This document shows positions 15,807-25,813 of a stretch of 53,518 nucleotides of DNA, in pieces. Location of the stretch: contig JBDUCC010000001.1 in NCBI GenBank assembly GCA_040003675.1, forward strand, positions 1-53,518, in the 5' to 3' direction. The notes beneath the pieces were generated by a model. The model searched no databases. It saw only the letters and a list, made by a program, of their open reading frames with translations, and was not told the DNA's origin. This DNA is from a bacterium (GTDB lineage Bacteria; Acidobacteriota; Blastocatellia; Pyrinomonadales; Pyrinomonadaceae). Each line of letters opens with the position of its first letter. The stretch's first letter is position 1. The translations under genes were made by a program, and so were the position numbers.

Positions 15807-17318
15807 ATGGCTTTGACTAGAAAGAAAAAAATTATTATCGCGGTATCGGCCTTCGCCGTGCTCGCGCTAATCATTATCATTAGCGTATTTGCCAGCCGCA
15901 AAGACGAAGCTGAGGTGACCACAGTTAAGCTGGAAGTAAAACCGGAGTTGCGCCAGACAGTAACCGCATCGGGCGAAGTCAGGCCAATTCGCTACATCAA
16001 ACTAACCAGTGAGGTCCCGGGCCGCATCGAAGAAATCTACGTCAACGCCGGCGATCAGGTCACGCAGGGCAAGCCTCTGGTGCGCGTCGATCCGACGCAA
16101 CTTCAATCCAGCCAGGAAGCACAGTTTGCCGCCGCGCAACAGGCAATAAACGATATTACGAGCGCTCGTAATGCAGTCGCTACGGCACAGCAGGGGTTGG
16201 TGGTCGCCGAAGCATCAGTCTCCTCCGCGCGTCAGCAGTTGGTGGCATTGCAGACCTCGGTCGATCGCGCGCAAGTTGATCTGAATACGGCTCAACGAGA
16301 ATTGAAACGCTACAGCGATCTAATCGAAGCGGGTGTCGCTTCGCGTTCAGATTACGACGCGGCCCGCGATCGTTTCGATCAGTCAAAGATTGCGTTACAA
16401 ACTGCGAGAGCAAATCTCGAGTCGCAACGCATCGCCGTCAAGGAATCGCAGGAAAGAGCCAACCAGCAAAAGCTGGCGGTGCAGGAAGCCAGGACGGGCA
16501 TCAAGTCTTCTGAGATGCGCGCGAACCAGCAACAAGCCCTGCTGCGCGGACAGTCGAGTCAACGTTCCAAGGCAACGCAGTTGTCGCCGCTGAATGGCGT
16601 GGTAGCCGACATCCCGACGCGCGTCGGTGAATATGCAGTCGCCGGTCTATCAACCACGCCACTAATGACCATCGCCGACATGTCAACCATCAACGTCGAA
16701 GTTAACGTTGACGAAACTGAGATCTCCAATGTTGAAGTTGGCCAACAGGCGAAGGTGAAAGTTGATGCGCTGGGCGACAAAGAGATCGTTGGCGTAGTAA
16801 CTCAGAAAAATCCGCTGGCGGTTTCCAAGTCAGATACGCAGGGTGGACTTTCAAATCGCGTGAATGTTCAGGAGGCTAAGGAATTCAAGGTGACTGTCGA
16901 ACTGCGCGATATGCCGGACGAGGTGCGCAACGCGCTGCGACCGGGCATGAGCGGCACCGCAACCATCACCACCAAGACAAAAAACAGCGTTGTGGCTGTT
17001 CCCCTGGAAGCGATTGTTGAGAAAGCGGCGCCTGCCCCGTCGCCGGGTGCTACCGTGGCCGGCAACACACCAACGCCACAGTCCGGTGAAAAACCAAAGA
17101 GCATCAAAGGCGTCTACGTGCTTGAAGGCAACAAGGTGCGTTTCATCGAAGTAACCACCGGAATCACGGGCGAAGCCGACATCGAGATCACCAGTGGCGT
17201 AAAAGCGGGCATGGAAATCGTCAGAGGTCCAAGCCGAGTCTTGAAGACGTTAAAGGACGGCATGGTGGTCAAACGCCAGGAACGTAAGGCTGGCGCTAAC
17301 GCGAATGAGGGCAGCTAA
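15807..17318 (+). CDS. HlyD/MacA-type periplasmic adaptor (membrane fusion protein) with a long coiled coil
   Basis: 503 aa with an N-terminal TM anchor, a biotinyl-lipoyl-like GxxVxxGxxL segment, an extended Q/A-rich coiled coil and a beta-barrel C-terminus. It sits directly upstream of a MacB-type ATPase. Confidence 0.8.
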   Translation: MALTRKKKIIIAVSAFAVLALIIIISVFASRKDEAEVTTVKLEVKPELRQTVTASGEVRPIRYIKLTSEVPGRIEEIYVNAGDQVTQGKPLVRVDPTQLQSSQEAQFAAAQQAINDITSARNAVATAQQGLVVAEASVSSARQQLVALQTSVDRAQVDLNTAQRELKRYSDLIEAGVASRSDYDAARDRFDQSKIALQTARANLESQRIAVKESQERANQQKLAVQEARTGIKSSEMRANQQQALLRGQSSQRSKATQLSPLNGVVADIPTRVGEYAVAGLSTTPLMTIADMSTINVEVNVDETEISNVEVGQQAKVKVDALGDKEIVGVVTQKNPLAVSKSDTQGGLSNRVNVQEAKEFKVTVELRDMPDEVRNALRPGMSGTATITTKTKNSVVAVPLEAIVEKAAPAPSPGATVAGNTPTPQSGEKPKSIKGVYVLEGNKVRFIEVTTGITGEADIEITSGVKAGMEIVRGPSRVLKTLKDGMVVKRQERKAGANANEGS

Positions 17319-18076
17319 TGAGCGACGTTACCCTGGCATCTCCACCCTCCCCAACCGTGTTGCCCGAACAACCTCTTCGCGCGCACGACGCGAACTCGCT
17401 CATCTCAATGCGCGACATTTGGAAAACGTATGAGATGGGATCTGAGCAGGTGCACGCCCTTCATGGGGTGTCATTTGACATCCCTAAGGGTGAGTACATT
17501 GCGATCATTGGGCCATCAGGTTCCGGTAAGTCGACCTTGATGAACCTGATTGGCTGTCTCGACACGCCGAGCAAAGGCGAGTACTGGCTAAACGCGAAGA
17601 ACGTCTCCGAAATGGACGATGACGAACTTGCGCGCATTCGCAACCAGGAAGTTGGTTTCGTTTTTCAAACGTTCAATCTGCTCGCGCGGGCAACTGCTTT
17701 GCATAATGTGGAACTGCCGCTCATCTATGGCGGTATCGGTTCCAGCCAGCGTCATGAGATGGCCACCGAAGCGTTGCGCGCGGTGGATCTTGCAGATCGG
17801 ATTACGCACCGGCCAAATGAACTTTCCGGAGGTCAGCGCCAACGTGTGGCGATTGCTCGGGCCCTGGTTAATCATCCTTCAATTCTGCTTGCGGACGAGC
17901 CGACCGGTGCACTCGATACGCATACTAGTAAGGAAATCATGGACCTGTTCGAACGGTTGCATGGCGAAGGAAACACGATCATCGTGGTGACCCACGAGCA
18001 CGACATTGCCGCCCGGGCACACCGCGTGATTTCCATTCGCGACGGTCTGATTGAAAAGGACGAGAAAATCAGGTAG
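17318..18076 (+). CDS. MacB/LolD-type ABC transporter ATP-binding protein
   Basis: It has Walker [10 protein letters not shown], signature [15 protein letters not shown] and Walker B LLADEPT. The start overlaps the adaptor stop (TAATG). Confidence 0.9.
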   Translation: MSDVTLASPPSPTVLPEQPLRAHDANSLISMRDIWKTYEMGSEQVHALHGVSFDIPKGEYIAIIGPSGSGKSTLMNLIGCLDTPSKGEYWLNAKNVSEMDDDELARIRNQEVGFVFQTFNLLARATALHNVELPLIYGGIGSSQRHEMATEALRAVDLADRITHRPNELSGGQRQRVAIARALVNHPSILLADEPTGALDTHTSKEIMDLFERLHGEGNTIIVVTHEHDIAARAHRVISIRDGLIEKDEKIR

Positions 18077-18108
18077 CAGACGAGTGCAGCCGGGTTATTG
18101 AATTTCCA

Positions 18109-18139
18109 GGGGCGGGTGTTTACCCGCCCACTTTTGTTT
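18109..18139 (+). terminator. intrinsic-terminator-like hairpin between the ATPase and the first permease
   Basis: GGGGCGGGT-gttt-ACCCGCCC is followed by acttttgttt, 33 nt after the ATPase stop. Confidence 0.6.
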
Positions 18140-18229
18140 ATGTCACTGCTCACCGAAACTCGGGCCGGGACAGGCAACTTGCCTCCAGCCACCCACCTTG
18201 CGCCGCGCCTTAGAGGAGTTTTCAAACTT

Positions 18230-19477
18230 TTGCGCGTCGCAGCGGTTTGGGAAGCGTTTCTCGTGGCGCTGAGTAGTTTACGGGCTAACAAGCTGCGCAC
18301 TGCCTTGACCTTGATGGGCATCGTTGTTGGAGTGGCCGCGGTTATCGCGGTGGTGACGATTATCAAAGGACTGGACCAAACAGTTGCCGCAACCTTTTCG
18401 TCTCAGGGCTCGACTGTTTTTACTATCTCCAAACGGCCGCGCGTAATTACTTCGCGCGAAGACTTCATCAAATTCAACAAGCGTAAGGACGTAACCATTG
18501 ACGATGCGGAAGCGATATTTCGCGTCTGCTCCTCGTGTTGGCAGTCAGGAGTTGCGGCCAACACGCCCGAGACCGTCAAACATAAAGATCAAAAGTCAGA
18601 AAACGTAAACGTGCGCGGGATTGCGCCGAGCGCGATGTTTGATATCGACGCCGTCAACATCGATGCCGGCCGTTTCTGGACCGACAATGAAGGCGCGACT
18701 GCCCACGAGATCTGCGTAGTAGGCGCCGACATCATCCAGAATCTTTTTGGCGGGATCGCGCCGGATCGCGCGCTGGGCCAAAATGTTTCTATTGCCGGGC
18801 GGCCGTATGAAATCGTAGGGGTGCTGCAGCCGCAGGGCAAAATCTTTGGGGCCTCGCGCGACAATCTGATTTATATTCCCTATTCCACCTACCAGAAAAA
18901 CTTTGGCGCGCATTCTTCGCTTACCATCTTCGTCAAAACGCCTTCGGCTGATCAGCTTGAAGAGGCCCAGGACCAGGCACGAACAATAATGCGCAACCGT
19001 CGCGGTAAAACTTTCGGCGACGATAGCGACGAGGGTTTCACGCTGGAAACATCAGACGTCTTCATTGACCTATACGGCAAGGCCACGTCAAACATTTACA
19101 TTGTCACCTATCTGGTCGCGGGGGTTTCGTTGTTTGTAGGCGGAATTGTAGTGATGAACATCATGCTCGTGTCGGTAACTGAACGGACGAAAGAGATCGG
19201 CATTCGCAAAGCAATCGGCGCGCGCCGGAAAGATATACTGACGCAGTTCTTAATTGAGGCCATCACGGTTGCAGCGGTTGGCGGCGCCATTGGCGTGCTT
19301 ACCGGCTTTGGGTTGGCCTATGTGATTTCGTTTTTAATTGGTTTTCCAGTTTTGGTGAGCGCTGCCTCGGTGATTCTGGGCGTGGGAATGTCTTCTGTGG
19401 TGGGCGTAGTTAGTGGGCTTTGGCCGGCCTGGCGCGCGGCCCGCATGCATCCGATTGAGGCATTGAGGTCGGAATGA
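18230..19477 (+). CDS. MacB-like FtsX-family ABC permease, paralogue 1
   Basis: The ORF frame runs 18098-19477. TTG 18230 is preferred: AGAGGAG lies 10 nt upstream, and the N-terminus MRVAAVWEAFLVALSSLRANKLRT is colinear with the paralogues. It has a MacB periplasmic core and the C-terminal FtsX motif VSVTERTKEIGIRKAIGA. The start is uncertain (ATG 18141 is possible). Confidence 0.75.
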   Translation: MRVAAVWEAFLVALSSLRANKLRTALTLMGIVVGVAAVIAVVTIIKGLDQTVAATFSSQGSTVFTISKRPRVITSREDFIKFNKRKDVTIDDAEAIFRVCSSCWQSGVAANTPETVKHKDQKSENVNVRGIAPSAMFDIDAVNIDAGRFWTDNEGATAHEICVVGADIIQNLFGGIAPDRALGQNVSIAGRPYEIVGVLQPQGKIFGASRDNLIYIPYSTYQKNFGAHSSLTIFVKTPSADQLEEAQDQARTIMRNRRGKTFGDDSDEGFTLETSDVFIDLYGKATSNIYIVTYLVAGVSLFVGGIVVMNIMLVSVTERTKEIGIRKAIGARRKDILTQFLIEAITVAAVGGAIGVLTGFGLAYVISFLIGFPVLVSAASVILGVGMSSVVGVVSGLWPAWRAARMHPIEALRSE

Positions 19478-19482
19478 ACCGA

Positions 19483-19596
19483 GCAAACAGCGAACAGCAG
19501 ACAGCAAACAGCCGGAGAAACAACTCTGAAGTTGCTGGACTGAAAGTTCCTGATTGCCTATAACAAATGCTGTTTGCTGTTGACTGTTTGCTGTTT
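19483..19596. repeat. hairpin of inverted heptamer arrays (aaacagc / gctgttt) between permeases 1 and 2
   Basis: gcaaacagcgaacagcagacagcaaacagc (19483-19512) faces gctgtttgctgttgactgtttgctgttt (19569-19596). Confidence 0.9.
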
Positions 19597-19605
19597 ACTA
19601 ATCGC

Positions 19606-20850
19606 ATGCGATTCGACGACGTCAAAGAATCCGCCCTGATGGCTTTCGACACCCTGCGCGCGAACAAGCTGCGCTCGTTGTTGACGATCCTCGGTGTGAC
19701 TGTGGGTGTGGTGACAGTCATCTTCATGGTGTCGATCATCCAGGGCCTGAACAAAGCTTTTGCTCAACAGATCGAGGCGCTGGGATCTAACGCAATCTGG
19801 GCCACCAAATTCGATCCCAGCTTTGGCCATCAACCTACTACGGAAGAATTGCATCGCAAGGATTTAACGCTTGAAGACGCGGAGGCAATTCGCAACGAGG
19901 CGCCTTCCGTGCTAAGTGTCTCGCCTATTCATCGCAAGATCGCGGAGACGGTCCGTTACGCCGATAAACAATCTGACACACCGATTGTTATTGGCGTCAC
20001 GCCGTATTATGAGTTCACTCAATCCAGTTATGTCGATCGCGGGCGTTTCATCACTGATACCGACCTGCGCGAGCGCGCGAACATCTGCGTGCTCGGTAAA
20101 GATCTCGTGAAATCTTTGTTTCCCTATGAAGAACCAATCGACAAGGAGTTGAAGATAAACGGGAAGCCGTTCAAAGTCGTCGGCGTGATGGAGCCGCTGG
20201 GAAATTTTCTCGGCCAGTCACGTGATAATACGGTGTTTATTCCCATCACCACCTTCGACAAATACTATCCCGGCGAACAGCCGTTTCCGGAAGTGGTTTT
20301 CGTAATTATCGTGCGGCCAAAATCGCGCGCTTATGTGAAATCTGCAATCGACGAGATGACTGACATTCTGCGCCGGCGGCGGCATGATGCGCCCGGCGCG
20401 CCTAATACTTTCGGCATTTCGTCGCAGGACGCCTTGCTCGATATTTACAATCAACTTACCGGCGCTACCGCGTTGGTACTTACCGCGATTTCGTTTGTGG
20501 CCCTGATGATTGGCGGCATCGGCGTAATGAATATCATGTTGGTTTCGGTTACCGAGCGCACCAAAGAAATCGGCATTCGGAAAGCGGTAGGGGCTACGCG
20601 CCTTAACATACTTTCACAGTTTCTTATTGAAGCGGTGGTGCTGACGGCATTTGGGGGCGTGATTGGTCTGGCGTTGGGCGAAGTCGCTAGTTTATTGACC
20701 AACAAATACTCGCCGCTGCCCGCGTTCGTCCCGCTGTGGGCGATCGTCGTTGGCATTGGGATCTCGACTGCGGTAGGGATCGTTTTCGGTTTATGGCCCG
20801 CGTGGAAAGCTGCCAGATTGGATCCAATCGAAGCCTTACGTTGGGAATAG
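19606..20850 (+). CDS. MacB-like FtsX-family ABC permease, paralogue 2
   Basis: ATG 19606 (MRFDDVKESALMAFDTLRANKLRS) is preferred over 19567, which lies in the repeat arm. It has VSVTERTKEIGIRKAVGA and ends ...AARLDPIEALRWE like its paralogues. Confidence 0.8.
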   Translation: MRFDDVKESALMAFDTLRANKLRSLLTILGVTVGVVTVIFMVSIIQGLNKAFAQQIEALGSNAIWATKFDPSFGHQPTTEELHRKDLTLEDAEAIRNEAPSVLSVSPIHRKIAETVRYADKQSDTPIVIGVTPYYEFTQSSYVDRGRFITDTDLRERANICVLGKDLVKSLFPYEEPIDKELKINGKPFKVVGVMEPLGNFLGQSRDNTVFIPITTFDKYYPGEQPFPEVVFVIIVRPKSRAYVKSAIDEMTDILRRRRHDAPGAPNTFGISSQDALLDIYNQLTGATALVLTAISFVALMIGGIGVMNIMLVSVTERTKEIGIRKAVGATRLNILSQFLIEAVVLTAFGGVIGLALGEVASLLTNKYSPLPAFVPLWAIVVGIGISTAVGIVFGLWPAWKAARLDPIEALRWE

Positions 20851-20855
20851 CGCCG

Positions 20856-20925
20856 GCAGTTCAGAGTACAAATTTTAGTTTGCTGTTTTCCGTACCAACA
20901 AACTAAAGTTTGGACTCTGAACTGC
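20856..20925. repeat. inverted pair of REP-like 24-mers between permeases 2 and 3
   Basis: gcaGTTCAGAGTACAAATTTTAGTTTG (20856-20882) faces CAAACTAAAGTTTGGACTCTGAACtgc (20899-20925). It is the same family as the RAYT-flanking copies. Confidence 0.85.
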
Positions 20926-20985
20926 TTGAGTTAATATCTTTCCACCCCCTGCAACCTAACCATGCTGCGAGCCGTAATACTTTAA

Positions 20986-22227
20986 GTGAAATTCATAGAG
21001 ACTCTTAAACTCGCGATCGCCGCCATTTGGGCGCACAAGCTGCGATCGGCGTTAACGCTGCTGGGTATGATTATCGGCGTCACGGCCTTTGTGGTCGTCG
21101 TTTCACTCATCCAGGGGTTCAACAAGTACATCGACGAAAAGATTGCGGGCATTGGTTCAAAATCTTTTACCGTACAGCGTTTTAACTTTGAAGACTTCAA
21201 AGACCTGGACACCATTGCCGCGGCCCAAAGAAGGAACAAAGAACTAACGCTCGACGATTATGAGTATTTGAAAGCACGTGCCACGCTCATTGACAAGATT
21301 GGAGCGAAGGCACGCGCCAATCGTTCGCTGGTTAAGCGCGGCTCGAAAGTGGCGGAAGATGTTCCAGTCGACGGATCCATGCCGGTGATTAGCGAGATCG
21401 ATAATATCGATGTTGCGGAAGGCCGCTACATAACCGACGCCGAAAACGACGGTGCGGCGCGCGTCGCCTTTATTGGGATGGACGTCGCTAATGCGCTTTT
21501 CCCTGCGGGTTCGGGTACCGCTATCGGCGAAGAGATCAATGTGGCCGGTTTGCCGTATCGGATCATTGGGGTTGCCGTGGCGAAAGGTACCGTGTTTGGC
21601 GTTCCTCAGGATAATTTCGTTACGCTGCCTTTAAAGACATACGGCAATAACTTTGGCGGCTTCACGCGTAATCGGCTGCTGTATTTCGAGGCCACGTCGA
21701 AGACCGACGATACCTTTAAGGACGCCGTCGATGAAGCAAGGTTTTTGTTGCGTTCGCGCCGTCACATCAAATCCGATGAGAAGGATAATTTCGGCATAGT
21801 CACGCCGGATGCGATTACGGGTTTTCGCGATCGGTTACTGGGTCCGACTTACATCGTAGCTGTCGCAGTGCCGGGCATCGCATTGCTGGTTGGGGCCATC
21901 GTTATCATGAACATCATGTTGGTCTCGGTCACCGAAAGAACGAAAGAGATTGGCATACGCAAATCGCTCGGTGCTCGCAAGATAGATGTCCTTAAACAAT
22001 TCCTGGTTGAAGCGGTAACGCTTTCGGCGATAGGCGGCGCAGTCGGGGTTCTGCTGGCGTGGATTATCGGCATGATAATGACGGTGATTTTCTTCCCAAC
22101 CTATCTATCGATTGGGGCGATCCTGTTCACGATATTTGTGTCCGGAGGAATCGGCATTCTTTCGGGTGTGTTTCCCGCGTGGAAAGCGGCACGGCTCGAT
22201 CCGATTGAAGCGCTACGGGCGGACTGA
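20986..22227 (+). CDS. MacB-like FtsX-family ABC permease, paralogue 3
   Basis: 413 aa with a GTG start. It has MKFIETLKLAIAAIWAHKLRSALT and VSVTERTKEIGIRKSLGA, and ends AARLDPIEALRAD. Confidence 0.8.
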   Translation: MKFIETLKLAIAAIWAHKLRSALTLLGMIIGVTAFVVVVSLIQGFNKYIDEKIAGIGSKSFTVQRFNFEDFKDLDTIAAAQRRNKELTLDDYEYLKARATLIDKIGAKARANRSLVKRGSKVAEDVPVDGSMPVISEIDNIDVAEGRYITDAENDGAARVAFIGMDVANALFPAGSGTAIGEEINVAGLPYRIIGVAVAKGTVFGVPQDNFVTLPLKTYGNNFGGFTRNRLLYFEATSKTDDTFKDAVDEARFLLRSRRHIKSDEKDNFGIVTPDAITGFRDRLLGPTYIVAVAVPGIALLVGAIVIMNIMLVSVTERTKEIGIRKSLGARKIDVLKQFLVEAVTLSAIGGAVGVLLAWIIGMIMTVIFFPTYLSIGAILFTIFVSGGIGILSGVFPAWKAARLDPIEALRAD

Positions 22228-22235
22228 CAGTGGCC

Positions 22236-22379
22236 GGAGCAGACGGCAGCGGCAGACGGCAGGGGCAGTCGGGCGAAGGCATACACGCGGCGGCAATTAC
22301 GTTTTTATCCTGCCGACTGCTCCTGCCGACTGCCGACCGTTATTATCCTGCCGACTGCTCCTGACCGACTGCCGACTCC
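22236..22379. repeat. hairpin of inverted approximately 7-nt arrays (gcagacg / ctgccga) with a duplicated right arm, between permeases 3 and 4
   Basis: The left arm is ggagcagacggcagcggcagacggcaggggcagtcgg (22236-22272). The right arms are cctgccgactgctcctgccgactgccgacc (22309-22338) and cctgccgactgctcctgaccgactgccgactcc (22347-22379). Confidence 0.9.
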
Positions 22380-22397
22380 TTCCAGATGGAGAGTGTG

Positions 22398-23654
22398 ATG
22401 AGACTAATCCGCAGCGACATTTACGAAAATCTCAAGATGGCACTCGCCACTTTGCGCGGCAACAAACTGCGTTCATTCCTGACTGTTTTTGGGGTGATGA
22501 TTGGCGTGATCACCGTAATGTTGATTTCTTCGATCATCAGCGGCGTTGACACGGCGGTGAAGAAAGAGCTCGAGTCTTACGGCACCAACTCGATCTTCAT
22601 TATCAAGTTTAATTCCGGCATTCACATCGGACGTCTCTCGCGCGAAGAGCGCATGCGTAAAGACTTAACTTACGACGATGCGATCGCACTGACGCAGTTG
22701 CCTGCCGTTGAGCTTTCGGTCCCCTTTCTCGACATCGGCAATAACTTCTTCGGACAGAAAATCATGGTGTCGAGTCCCGGAAAGACTTCCGCTGCCGTAG
22801 CTTTGCAAGGCACGCTGCCTGATTTCGAACGCGCCGGAACACAAATTATTAAAGAGGGTCGATTCTTCACGCAGTATGAAAATGATAACAACGAAGAAGT
22901 TGCGGTAGTCGGCTCGACTGTGGGTGCGGATTTTTTTCCTTATGGCTCGCCGGTCGGTCAGGAAATTGCAATTGGGGGGCGGCAATTTCGGGTTGTCGGG
23001 GTGCTGGAAAAGCGTGAACAGTTTCTGCTGGGCGGCGGCGACGACGATCAGAACAACATTATCTATGTGCCATTCAACGTGGCGCGCAAACTTAAACCCA
23101 GTTCACAGGATGTCTACATCCTGGCCGTAGCGCGCAAAGGAATGATGGACGAAGCACAGGATCAGATCACAGATCTTTTGCGCGTGCGCCGTCAGGTGCC
23201 TTTCGGAAAACCCGATAACTTTGGACTGCAAACTGCAGAGCTATTCCTTAGTAATTTCCGTTCGATCCTTAGCGGCGTGGCTATTGCGATGGTCGTCATT
23301 TCTTCAGTTGGGTTGATGGTTGGCGGCATCGGTGTGATGAACATCATGCTCGTTTCGGTCACCGAACGGACGCGCGAAATTGGCGTGCGCAAAGCCATCG
23401 GCGCGCGGCGCAGCGACATCATGTGGCAGTTTTTGATCGAGGCGGCAACGCTGACCGGTTTCGGCGGGTTGGTTGGTCTATCAATCGGTTGGTTGCTGAC
23501 TTTTCTGTTGCGCTTGTTGCTGCCTTCTTACGTACCGCTGTGGGCGCCAATCGGCGGCTTTGTGGCCAGCGTTGGTATTGGTTTGATTTTTGGACTTTGG
23601 CCGGCATGGAAAGCGGCGCGGCTGGATCCGATAGAATCGCTCAGGTACGAATAA
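22398..23654 (+). CDS. MacB-like FtsX-family ABC permease, paralogue 4
   Basis: ATG 22398 is preferred (GGAGAG 4 nt upstream; MRLIRSDIYENLKMALATLRGNKLRS). The track start is 22386. It has VSVTERTREIGVRKAIGA and ends AARLDPIESLRYE. Confidence 0.8.
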   Translation: MRLIRSDIYENLKMALATLRGNKLRSFLTVFGVMIGVITVMLISSIISGVDTAVKKELESYGTNSIFIIKFNSGIHIGRLSREERMRKDLTYDDAIALTQLPAVELSVPFLDIGNNFFGQKIMVSSPGKTSAAVALQGTLPDFERAGTQIIKEGRFFTQYENDNNEEVAVVGSTVGADFFPYGSPVGQEIAIGGRQFRVVGVLEKREQFLLGGGDDDQNNIIYVPFNVARKLKPSSQDVYILAVARKGMMDEAQDQITDLLRVRRQVPFGKPDNFGLQTAELFLSNFRSILSGVAIAMVVISSVGLMVGGIGVMNIMLVSVTERTREIGVRKAIGARRSDIMWQFLIEAATLTGFGGLVGLSIGWLLTFLLRLLLPSYVPLWAPIGGFVASVGIGLIFGLWPAWKAARLDPIESLRYE

Positions 23655-23659
23655 AGGAT

Positions 23660-23761
23660 GTAGGGTGTTGGGTGTAGGGTGTAGAAAAAAGAAGGCGTCT
23701 CCTTCTCTACACCCAATATCTCTTGCTCTTACCTACACCCTACACCCTACACCCTACACCC
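23660..23761. repeat. hairpin of inverted heptamer arrays (gtagggt / ctacacc) between convergent genes
   Basis: gtagggtgttgggtgtagggtgtag (23660-23684) faces ctacacc x4 (23733-23761). An inner hairpin gggtgtaga...tctacaccc lies at 23677-23714. Confidence 0.9.
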
Positions 23762-23781
23762 TTGCTCTTACACCCTTGCTC

Positions 23782-24576
23782 TTACATCATCCCGCCGGTA
23801 ATGCCGGCTAAAGTGCTGCGAACAATCACTCCAATGATCCAGATCGTCAGCACGATTCCCCAGGCAGCGCCTGAAGACATCTTTCCAACTTTCTTCAATC
23901 CCAAAGCTGCCAGGAACAAACCGTAAAACGCGAACAGATCAATCGAACTCAACAACGTTCCCAACACCGGCGATGCTTTTGGATCAATGAATAGGCCCAG
24001 GTTCGCCTGCACCAGCCCGCGCCGCGAAGCGTGCACAATGTCGTAATCGTCCGGCGATTTAATGAACAGCAACACAATGTTCAGCAGCATTGAGATGACT
24101 ATTGGCGGCATGGCCGAGTAAGTCCAAACGGCCAGCGCCTGCTTGTAACTAAGCTTGCGGCCCATCAACATCGAGCCGAGCAAATACAAACCTGCACCCG
24201 CCGCAATGATGAGTGCCACGACGATGATTGGCGAGCAGTAGTAGATCGCCTTTACCACCGGACCGGTTTGCATCCGGATCGCTTGTTCCTTCTGCTCCGG
24301 AGTCATTTGTTCCGCGCGCGGCGAGTTTTCGATCGCTTCAGTGATCATGCGGTCATAGCCGACGCGCTGAAAAAACAGCGTGGTGAACGCCAGCAATGCG
24401 ATGGTGCAGATGATTGCGGCTGCCAGGAAACGCGGACGCTGGCGCAGTGCTTCGAACACGCGGCTGGGTTCAAAGAAAATGCCAGTCAAGGTTTGTGCGG
24501 TGGACATTGTCGCTTCGTCCGGGGCCTCGGTGACAGGCGGCGGGGGTACTAAGTCTTGGCTGTTGGGGTCGCTCAT
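23782..24576 (-). CDS. Yip1-domain membrane protein
   Basis: 264 aa. A cytosolic N-terminus (TGIFFEPSRVFEAL) is followed by about 5 hydrophobic segments, the pattern typical of bacterial YIP1/DUF1282 proteins. Confidence 0.6.
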   Translation of the reverse strand: MSDPNSQDLVPPPPVTEAPDEATMSTAQTLTGIFFEPSRVFEALRQRPRFLAAAIICTIALLAFTTLFFQRVGYDRMITEAIENSPRAEQMTPEQKEQAIRMQTGPVVKAIYYCSPIIVVALIIAAGAGLYLLGSMLMGRKLSYKQALAVWTYSAMPPIVISMLLNIVLLFIKSPDDYDIVHASRRGLVQANLGLFIDPKASPVLGTLLSSIDLFAFYGLFLAALGLKKVGKMSSGAAWGIVLTIWIIGVIVRSTLAGITGGMM

Positions 24577-24755
24577 TTTTATCCTCCAGTGTGATAGAGG
24601 ACGGGGAGATCTTTCCGTCCGTTTAAGAAAAAGTTTCGGCAGAAGTACGTTTTGTACCAGTTCTTTGTTTCACCCAGAGATTACGTGGATTCCACAGTTT
24701 TAGACAACATCCTTGCGAGCACCTACAAGTTAAGTTGCGAGCCGCTTGGCCCAAA

Positions 24756-24824
24756 GTTCGGAGTAGAAGCTTTAGCTTGATGCTTCCGCATCATTTCAAC
24801 CTAAAGGATGGACTCTGAACTGCC
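24756..24824. repeat. inverted pair of REP-like elements downstream of, and overlapping, the end of the ATPase gene
   Basis: GTTCGGAGTAGAAGCTTTAGCTTG (24756-24779) faces CAACCTAAAGGATGGACTCTGAACtgcc (24797-24824). The right copy encodes the last 8 codons and the TAG of the gene ending at 24801. Confidence 0.75.
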
Positions 24825-25799
24825 AGCGCTCTCCCAACCGGGCACGCGAATGCAGGCGACGCTGTGTCCCGGCAAGACTTCGCGCAACTCCGGATCGATT
24901 CGCGCACACTCGTCAATAGCAATTGGACATCGGGTGCGGAAACGGCAGCCGGAGGGCGGATTGATGGGCGTCGGCACGTCGCCTCCGAGCACGATGCGCT
25001 CGCGCTTGTGTTTGGGATCGGGAATGGGAATGGCAGAAAGCAGCGCCTTCGTATAAGGGTGGAGCGGCTGCGCGTAAAGGTCCGCCGCCGTAGCGATCTC
25101 AACAATGCGGCCCAGGTACATCACCGCGACGCGCGACGAGATGTGTTCGACAACCGCCAGACCGTGCGAAATGAAGAGGTAGGCTAATTTAAATTCCTTT
25201 TGCAGATCCTGAAGCAGGTTCACTACCTGGGCCTGGACCGAAACATCGAGCGCCGACACCGGCTCGTCCGCGACGATCAGCTTGGGATTGAGAGCGAGTG
25301 TGCGCGCAACTCCGATGCGTTGCCGTTGACCTCCCGAAAACTCGTGCGCATAGCGCTTGCTGTAATCAGGATTCAAACCGACGCGCTCCAGCAGTTGCGC
25401 GACGCGGTCGCGTCGTTCTCGCTTCGTTCCAATGTTATGAATAACGAGTGGCTCGCCGACGATGCTGCCAACTTTCATGCGTGGATTTAACGACGCGTAA
25501 GGATCTTGAAAAACAATCTGCATCTCGCGGCGCAACTCGCGCAGCTCATGCTTCCCTAGCGAAACGACATCGCGGCCTTCAAATGTAATCTCGCCGGCAG
25601 TTGGCTCGATCAAGCGCAACAGACAACGGCCCACTGTTGACTTGCCACAGCCAGACTCGCCGACCAAACCGAGTGTTTCGCCGCGAAAGATCTCAAAGGA
25701 CACGCCGTCGACTGCGCGCACCACATCGTCGCTCCCCTCGACAGGGAAATACTTAACGAGGTTGCGGACTTGAACAAGTTCTTGGTGGTTATTGTTCAT
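24801..25799 (-). CDS. oligopeptide/dipeptide ABC transporter ATP-binding protein (OppF/DppF type)
   Basis: 332 aa with [24 protein letters not shown] and [12 protein letters not shown], plus the C-terminal oligopeptide-ABC extension with CRFRTRCP. Confidence 0.85.
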   Translation of the reverse strand: MNNNHQELVQVRNLVKYFPVEGSDDVVRAVDGVSFEIFRGETLGLVGESGCGKSTVGRCLLRLIEPTAGEITFEGRDVVSLGKHELRELRREMQIVFQDPYASLNPRMKVGSIVGEPLVIHNIGTKRERRDRVAQLLERVGLNPDYSKRYAHEFSGGQRQRIGVARTLALNPKLIVADEPVSALDVSVQAQVVNLLQDLQKEFKLAYLFISHGLAVVEHISSRVAVMYLGRIVEIATAADLYAQPLHPYTKALLSAIPIPDPKHKRERIVLGGDVPTPINPPSGCRFRTRCPIAIDECARIDPELREVLPGHSVACIRVPGWESAGSSESIL

Positions 25800-25813
25800 T
25801 TGGAAAGTGATAT

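Noticed and set aside
19522-19530. REP head motif TTCAGAGT inside heptamer hairpin loops or arms (19522-19530, 40821-40828, 40861-40869) as evidence that RAYT mobilises the heptamer elements
   Set aside because: An 8-mer is expected about 1-2 times by chance on both strands of 53 kb. Three extra hits are not significant. It is kept only as a remark under the RAYT finding.
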